From positions 1 to 40,150 of the forward strand of contig DUTS01000062.1 of NCBI GenBank assembly GCA_012841935.1: a stretch of DNA of 40,150 bases. Reading direction: 5' to 3'. Under the pieces are notes generated by a model. It was not told the DNA's origin and did no database searches. It saw nothing but the letters and a program-made list of their open reading frames with translations. Numbering within the stretch: position 1 is the first letter of the stretch; each line of letters starts with the position of its first letter. The translations under genes were made by a program, and so were the position numbers. This DNA comes from Clostridia bacterium (GTDB lineage: Bacteria; Bacillota; Peptococcia; DRI-13; DTU073). Positions 34,712 through 40,150 of the stretch are shown piece after piece.

Positions 34712-35507
34712 AACTAGCTTTAGTACCCATCCGTAATTTATCAGCGACCATGGCAATAAACTCCGAATTAGTTGGTTTACCGCGTTCAATATTAATTGTA
34801 TACCCGAAAAATTTATTCATAAGATCTATATTGCCTCGATCCCAGGCTAATTCAATGGCATGTCTAATAGCCCTTTCCACACGACTAGGAGTAGTTTCAT
34901 ATTTTTCAGCTATGGCCGGATATAATTCTTTAGTAATCGCACTCAGAAGACCAATATCCTCAATTACCAATAAAATGGCGTCACGTAAATATTGATAACC
35001 TTTAATATGGGCTGGAACACCCATTTGATGAATAATATTAGTGACCTCCAAATCTAAATTGCGGGTCCGTACCGCGGAATGCTGATAAGTCGTGGGGGCC
35101 GCATTTACCGAACTAATGGTCAAACCATTAAATAATTGCCGGATACGATTAGCCAAAGTATCCAAATCAAAAGGTTTAAGAATAAAATAATCGGCTCCCA
35201 ATTGTACAGCTTTTTGAGCCATGGATTCCTGTCCAAAAGCCGTTAGTATGATTGTCTTGGGTCGTTGATCAAAATAATCTGCTTCACCAATTCTTTCCAA
35301 AACTCCTAATCCGTCTAAATGAGGCATAATAATATCCAAAAGAACTATATCCGGCATTTCACTGGAAATTAACTCTAGTGTTTCCAAGCCATTTCCGGCC
35401 TCACCAACCACAGTGATGTCTTCTTGTCGGGTAAAATACTCTTGTAAAATTGCTACAAAATCTTTGTTATCATCAGCAATTAATACTTTAATCTTTTCTT
35501 TTACCAT
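34710..35507 (-). CDS. spo0A: Sporulation master regulator Spo0A
   Basis: 265 aa with a receiver domain (IADDNKDF...[11 protein letters not shown]) and the Spo0A-specific C-terminal DNA-binding domain ([27 protein letters not shown]). Confidence 0.96.
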   Translation of the reverse strand: MVKEKIKVLIADDNKDFVAILQEYFTRQEDITVVGEAGNGLETLELISSEMPDIVLLDIIMPHLDGLGVLERIGEADYFDQRPKTIILTAFGQESMAQKAVQLGADYFILKPFDLDTLANRIRQLFNGLTISSVNAAPTTYQHSAVRTRNLDLEVTNIIHQMGVPAHIKGYQYLRDAILLVIEDIGLLSAITKELYPAIAEKYETTPSRVERAIRHAIELAWDRGNIDLMNKFFGYTINIERGKPTNSEFIAMVADKLRMGTKAS

Positions 35508-35549
35508 CTTCCTCCTCCTTTAAAATTATTTTTTCTGTCCTAAATAAAC

Positions 35550-35577
35550 ATTTCGACAGTCAAATGTTATTTCCTGC
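35550..35577 (-). promoter_or_regulatory. Candidate sigma-H promoter of spo0A with a perfect 0A box
   Basis: The minus strand reads GGCAGGAAAT-AACATTTGAC-TGTCGAAAT. GCAGGAAAT fits the sigma-H -35 (RNAGGAWWW), and CGAAA lies at the -10 position (consensus GAAT). TGTCGAA (35552..35558) is a perfect Spo0A-box heptamer, 43 nt upstream of the start codon. Confidence 0.5.
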
Positions 35578-35655
35578 CTTGATTTTCCATTTTATATTAA
35601 TTTATTCCGCTTGTTTTCTGCGTTTTTCGTTCTTTTTCTATCATTTACCCATTTT

Positions 35656-36978
35656 TCAAGAAGCAATCTCTTGATTTTCCAAAAGATTAGCCTCTAAAAG
35701 CATTTTTTCGATAAATACTCCATAACCCCTTTGGGGATCATTAACAAACACATGAGTAATAGCCCCAATCAAACTACCATTTTGAATTATAGGACTGCCG
35801 CTCATTCCCTGCACAATTCCACCGGTTTCATTTAATAATTGCGAATCATTAATCCGAATAACCATGTTTTTACCATCTGTACGTCCATATTGAAGTTTTT
35901 CAATGACTATTTCATACTTTTTCACTTCTTGACCCCGAACAACCGTTAAAATTTCCGCTTTTCCGGGTTGAATTTGCTTAGAAAATAATACCGGAATAGC
36001 CTTTTGATATTGTGAATTTTTAGGTTCAGATTGTAAAGTACCATAAATACCAGACTGCTTATTTTCCTCAATATTACCAAACTCTGATCCTTTCAAAAAG
36101 ACACCCACTTTTTCCCCAGGCTGTCCTCTGCGTCCCTTTTGAACATTCTCAATATGGGCTTTTAGTATTTTACCCTGACGAATATGAAGTTTTTGATTTG
36201 TCTCACTATCAGTAATCATATGACCTAAAGCCCCATAAATTTTAGTAGTGGGATCCCAAAAAGTTAAAGTACCCACCCCACCGGCATTATCCCTAACAAA
36301 AAGACCCAAGCGATAAGACTTAGTTTCCATACAATATTGCGGATATACTACCTTTTTTAGGGTTTGTTCACCACGTTTAATTGTTAAAAAAAGTTTACTT
36401 TCGCGTGAACAAAGTTTAGATAACAAACTACTTAACTGTTGGTCAGTAGCCACCTGAACATCATTTACACTTAAAATCAAATCACCTACCCTAATATCTG
36501 CATCCCTAGCAGGAAAAGTAGCACCAATTTGGCGGTGTATAACTGGTGAATGCCCTACAACCATAACCCCTTCGGTTCTTAACAAAACACCAATAGAATG
36601 TCCTCCTGGCATTAAATGTAGATTTGGTAAGATATCTACATTTATTTTTTTAAGTGGTATTAAACCAAATAATTTTAATTCCAAACTTAATTGACCTGGT
36701 TCGATCACTATAGGATCATCATCATCCCGAATAAAATTTCTCTCCAGCAAATCTTGTCCCTTGACAGTTAACAATTTTTGCCCTGTGGCAATATAAATAT
36801 TAATTACTTTACGAATTGTCGGCGGAAAATCATTTAAAATTGTTAGTGATTCTCCTACAGAAAGAAGCTGTCTTTCGTGAATCAAATAATTATCCTGATA
36901 ATAGGAAAAGGTGAAAAATATTAAAAAAAGACAACCTAGAATAAAACCAAGGATTTGCCTTTGCTTGCCTTTAATCAA
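35656..36978 (-). CDS. spoIVB: SpoIVB peptidase (S55 signalling serine protease)
   Basis: It has an N-terminal TM segment, a PDZ domain (GDLILSVNDVQV) and an S55 protease domain (GALGHMITD, GMSGSPIIQNG). TTG 36978 follows AGGAGGA at 6 nt. The ORF-track TTG 37002 has SD spacing of about 1 nt. Confidence 0.92.
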   Translation of the reverse strand: MIKGKQRQILGFILGCLFLIFFTFSYYQDNYLIHERQLLSVGESLTILNDFPPTIRKVINIYIATGQKLLTVKGQDLLERNFIRDDDDPIVIEPGQLSLELKLFGLIPLKKINVDILPNLHLMPGGHSIGVLLRTEGVMVVGHSPVIHRQIGATFPARDADIRVGDLILSVNDVQVATDQQLSSLLSKLCSRESKLFLTIKRGEQTLKKVVYPQYCMETKSYRLGLFVRDNAGGVGTLTFWDPTTKIYGALGHMITDSETNQKLHIRQGKILKAHIENVQKGRRGQPGEKVGVFLKGSEFGNIEENKQSGIYGTLQSEPKNSQYQKAIPVLFSKQIQPGKAEILTVVRGQEVKKYEIVIEKLQYGRTDGKNMVIRINDSQLLNETGGIVQGMSGSPIIQNGSLIGAITHVFVNDPQRGYGVFIEKMLLEANLLENQEIAS

Positions 36979-37090
36979 TTTGTATCCTCCTGACTCCGGC
37001 AAATCCTCCCCCTTTTTTAAATGTTATGTCCTTTTTAAATTAACCTAAAAGGAGCTTTTTTATGTTAGAATCAGGATTTTAAATACTGGT

Positions 37091-37129
37091 AAAAAAAATG
37101 CCGAGGAACATTCATTAATGTCCGGCATT
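37091..37129 (-). terminator. Rho-independent terminator after recN
   Basis: The minus-strand RNA after the TAA stop reads UGCCGGACAUU-AAUG-AAUGUUCCUCGGCA (imperfect stem) followed by UUUUUUUU. Confidence 0.6.
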
Positions 37130-38795
37130 ATTTTTTTAGAATAAGATTAACATATTTTTTTAATTCTTGTGAAGTGTCCTTTCCCCCGAACATTCGGGCC
37201 AATTCCTCTTTTCTGGCTTTTGCATCTAATTTTAAAATTACAGTACGTGTACGCCCCTCTTTTACTTCTTTTTTTAATAAAAAATGTTGATCAGCAATCG
37301 CTGCTAGTAAAGGTGAATGTGTTACACAAATAACCTGTTGATTTTGACTAATCCTAGCCAATCTATCCGCCACCTTTTGCACAGCTTGACCTCCAATACC
37401 GGCATCTATTTCGTCAAAAACTAGAGTAATGATATCATCCTTAGATGCCATAATGGTTTTCAAAGCAAGCATTATACGTGAAAGTTCTCCCCCTGAAGCT
37501 ATTTTGGCTACAGGCAGTAGTGGTTCACCTGGGTTAGGGGAAATTAAAAATTCAACCTGATCTAAACCTTGACGTGACAATTTTCCGGGCGAAAAACTGA
37601 CAGCAAAACGAACATCCGGCATAGCTAATTCAATTAATTCCTCAGTAATCACTGCTTCCAATTTTTTTGCAATTTTTTTTCGTTCATTAGTTAAGGTTTG
37701 GGCTAATTGTAAATATTCATTCTGAGCTTGATCTACTAGGGGCTTTAATTTCTTAATTTTTTCGATACTCTGATCTGTTTCCGTCAATTCCTTTTCGATC
37801 CTAACGGCAAAATTAAGCACATCATTCATAGTAGGACCATATTTTTTACATAAGTCTTTAAGTAAAAAAAGACGCTCCTCGGCAATAGTCAATCGTTCCG
37901 GAGAAAAAGCCACACCCTCCAAAAAATTTCTAATTTCAGCAGCTATTTCTTCAATTAAATAAATGATCGGTTCTAATTGAGCTGCTAAATTCTTTAAAAG
38001 CAGATCATAACTGCGTAAATCACGTAAATTATCAAAAGCCTTACTCAATAAATCATATGCAGCCGCCGAATTTTCCCCGGAAAAAAGCTGCTGATAAGCC
38101 ATTTGTAAATGTTCATTAATTTTTTCGGCATTACTTAATAATTTAACCTCTTGTGCCAATTCTTCCAACTCATCTAGTTGAGGATTGGCCTGCTTTATCT
38201 CCCTTAATTGAAATTCCAAGAATGAGCGTTTTTGTAAATATTCCTGTTCACGGGCTTGCAGTTCTTCTAGCTCAGTTTTTAGTAACCAATATTGTTCATA
38301 TTTTTCCCTAACTTTTTCTTTTAATTCTTGAAAAGTTTCATTACCAAACTTATCTAATAACTCCAAATGTCTTTCAGCACATAAAAGGGATTGATGTTCA
38401 TGTTGTCCATGTAAATCAACAATAGCCAAACCAACTTTTTGATATTGTTTTAAAGTAAATACACGACCATTAATTCGGCATAAATTTGGTCCACTGAGCG
38501 ATAATTCCCGATTTAAAACCAAAAGTGGGGCCTCTTCTTCAATACCTATTTCCGCCAGGTATTTCCAAAGGGGATGTTTTTCAGGTAAAACAAAAACTGC
38601 CTCTAAAACAGCTTTTTTTGTACCAGTACGAATAAATTCTTGACGGGCCCGTCCTCCCAAAAGAAGTGACAAAGCATCAATTACAATTGATTTACCAGCA
38701 CCAGTTTCTCCTGTGAGTACATTAAAATTAGCTGAAAAATCCATTTTTAGATCCTCTACCAAAGCAAAATTTTTCACAAATAGCTGTTTTAACAT
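37128..38795 (-). CDS. recN: DNA repair protein RecN
   Basis: 555 aa, SMC-like, with a Walker A motif (GETGAGKS), a long coiled coil, the signature ASGGELSR and Walker B LVFDEIDAGIGG. Confidence 0.95.
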   Translation of the reverse strand: MLKQLFVKNFALVEDLKMDFSANFNVLTGETGAGKSIVIDALSLLLGGRARQEFIRTGTKKAVLEAVFVLPEKHPLWKYLAEIGIEEEAPLLVLNRELSLSGPNLCRINGRVFTLKQYQKVGLAIVDLHGQHEHQSLLCAERHLELLDKFGNETFQELKEKVREKYEQYWLLKTELEELQAREQEYLQKRSFLEFQLREIKQANPQLDELEELAQEVKLLSNAEKINEHLQMAYQQLFSGENSAAAYDLLSKAFDNLRDLRSYDLLLKNLAAQLEPIIYLIEEIAAEIRNFLEGVAFSPERLTIAEERLFLLKDLCKKYGPTMNDVLNFAVRIEKELTETDQSIEKIKKLKPLVDQAQNEYLQLAQTLTNERKKIAKKLEAVITEELIELAMPDVRFAVSFSPGKLSRQGLDQVEFLISPNPGEPLLPVAKIASGGELSRIMLALKTIMASKDDIITLVFDEIDAGIGGQAVQKVADRLARISQNQQVICVTHSPLLAAIADQHFLLKKEVKEGRTRTVILKLDAKARKEELARMFGGKDTSQELKKYVNLILKK

Positions 38796-38803
38796 TCTTA
38801 CAC

Positions 38804-39256
38804 CTACTTTAAAAAAATCTTTAATTTTTGCATGATCTTTTTAACTTTTTCTTTAGGTTTAACAACTAACAAAATAGTATCATCACCAGCAAGAGTACCA
38901 ATGATTCCCGACCATTTTGAACCATCAATTAAAGAAGCCACTCCATGAGCATTTCCCGGATAAGTTTTTATAACAATTAAATTTTCACTATAATCAACAT
39001 CCAAAACAAATTCCCGCATCATTAAACGCAAACGATCTTCATTATAAATAATTTCCTGTTCTTTAGGTAAACCATAAACATATAAGTTATTTTTACGAGC
39101 AATTTTTATTAACCGTAATTCTTTAATATCCCGCGATACTGTAGCTTGGGTTACATTAAATCCTGCTCTACGCAAGGCCTGGGACAATTCCTCTTGTGTG
39201 GAAATTTGTTGATTCTGAATAATTTCTTTTATTTTTCGCTGTCGAGCTGTTTTCAA
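38804..39256 (-). CDS. argR: Arginine repressor ArgR/AhrC
   Basis: 150 aa with an N-terminal wHTH (QEELSQALRRAGFNVTQATVSRDIKEL) and a C-terminal oligomerisation/arginine-binding domain (GTLAGDDTILLV). Confidence 0.93.
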   Translation of the reverse strand: MKTARQRKIKEIIQNQQISTQEELSQALRRAGFNVTQATVSRDIKELRLIKIARKNNLYVYGLPKEQEIIYNEDRLRLMMREFVLDVDYSENLIVIKTYPGNAHGVASLIDGSKWSGIIGTLAGDDTILLVVKPKEKVKKIMQKLKIFLK

Positions 39257-39276
39257 AAAAACCCACCTCGCTTTAA

Positions 39277-39855
39277 TTAAAATTTAGATAAAAAAATTAC
39301 ATAAGGAGCCCTCTGAAAAGGATCATTTACTTTACTCCATTTCATTACCTGCCAACTTTTTGTCGATAAAGTACTAAGATAACTATTCAGCAATGCCGCT
39401 TCCTCAGCACCACCGGGATGACCGGGATAAACAGTCAATGATATTATTCCCCCTGGATTCAACAGTTCCATACTTTGTTTTAACGAAAGTAAAGTTGTTT
39501 CAGCACGGGTAATAATTTTTTTGTCTCCTCCAGGTAAATAACCTAAATTATAAACAATGGCTTGAACAGGTTCACTAATAGTCTCCCGAATAGTTTCGTG
39601 ACCAGCTTGAATTAAACACACCTGTGAATAACAATTATTTTCCTTTAATAATTGCCGAGTACTTTCCAAGGCCGCTTTTTGAATATCAAAAGCGTAAACC
39701 ACACCATTAGGACCTACTGTTTGAGCTAAAAACAATGTATCTTTGCCCTTTCCCATGGTAGCATCAATTGCTTTTTCACCAGGACCTAAAAACAAAGCTA
39801 CTAAGCGATGTACCAAATTAGTGGTAAATAAATATTTAGACTTCACCTTCATCAT
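39277..39855 (-). CDS. SAM-dependent methyltransferase, YtqB/MnmM-like (pfam06962-type)
   Basis: 192 aa. It resembles B. subtilis YtqB (MnmM) as I recall it: IDATMGKGKDTLFLAQ..GPNGVVYAFDIQ, NLGYLPGGDK and TVYPGHPGG. Confidence 0.7.
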   Translation of the reverse strand: MMKVKSKYLFTTNLVHRLVALFLGPGEKAIDATMGKGKDTLFLAQTVGPNGVVYAFDIQKAALESTRQLLKENNCYSQVCLIQAGHETIRETISEPVQAIVYNLGYLPGGDKKIITRAETTLLSLKQSMELLNPGGIISLTVYPGHPGGAEEAALLNSYLSTLSTKSWQVMKWSKVNDPFQRAPYVIFLSKF

Positions 39856-40150
39856 CCCGAAAATGTATTTTCTCCTTAAGTATAGTAAAAAAACTGCGTT
39901 CCTTAATTCTAATCATACTAACACTATAAGGGGCTTTAGTTATAATAATTTGATCACCATTTTGTAAAGCAAACCCACTTTGTCCATCAATAGTTAACAT
40001 TGCTTCCACCTGTTTAACAATTTCCACACTAATAGTTTGTTCTGGTGGTAAAATTAAGGGTCGGGCATCTAAAGTATGAGCACAAATCGGTGTACAAATA
40101 ATTACCTGTAAAACCGGATAAACAATGGGACCACCGGCAGAAAGTGAATA
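39836..40150 (-). CDS. nadK: NAD kinase, C-terminal part (5' end outside the window)
   Basis: The minus-strand frame is open from base 40150 (YSLSAGGPIVYPVLQVIICTPICAHTLDARPLILPP...TIDGQ), which is a typical NadK C-terminal core. It runs into the 39836..40027 ORF. Confidence 0.88.
   Translation of the reverse strand, partial: YSLSAGGPIVYPVLQVIICTPICAHTLDARPLILPPEQTISVEIVKQVEAMLTIDGQSGFALQNGDQIIITKAPYSVSMIRIKERSFFTILKEKIHFRDDEGEV

Noticed and set aside
1-40150. CRISPR arrays, tRNA/rRNA genes, IS elements, prophage or defence-system genes
   Set aside because: None was seen. Coding density is very high, the largest gaps are 256 nt or less, and no spaced direct repeats or transposase, integrase-cassette, restriction, Cas or abortive-infection-like proteins are present.

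Overview
This is a visibly AT-rich chromosomal segment from an endospore-forming Firmicute. Clostridia-like hallmarks are an IspH-S1 fusion gene and a tricistronic spoVAC-AD-AE with no spoVAA/AB/AF. It holds about 50 tightly packed protein-coding genes, all but seven on the minus strand. By eye I found no rRNA or tRNA genes, CRISPR arrays, IS elements or prophage genes. The content is core housekeeping plus a dense set of sporulation loci. In window order: miaA-hfq-mscS, ddl, lexA, lipid kinase, PTS-EIIC-like, ispH/S1-plsC-cmk, hutP-like/aroH, rluB, spmAB, ytfIJ-like, pgcA. Then scpAB-trpS-M50-NTase, lysA, spoVAC-AD-AE, dacF-spoIIAA-spoIIAB-sigF, pdp, xerD, spoIIM, endoQ-like/nudF, HAD, spo0A, spoIVB, recN, argR, mnmM-like, nadK. 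The local order matches well-known Bacillus/Clostridium synteny. I do not see a convincing new multi-gene system such as a defence island, and the region is mostly ordinary. The items most worth a second look are: (1) two paralogous acyl-CoA-dehydratase-activase-related (DUF2229/HgdB-like) genes sitting inside the spoVA-lysA block, with no ATPase partner and an odd overlapping junction; (2) a HutP-family RNA-binding-regulator homologue translationally coupled to chorismate mutase aroH; (3) a spoVAD/spoVAE junction reading TAATA, which implies an ATA start codon; (4) a long coiled-coil N-terminal extension on SpoVAC; (5) three sub-60-aa membrane micro-ORFs missing from the ORF track; (6) a standalone cytoplasmic CBM25/53-like protein. 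All functional calls rest on motif recognition by eye. No database search was run.
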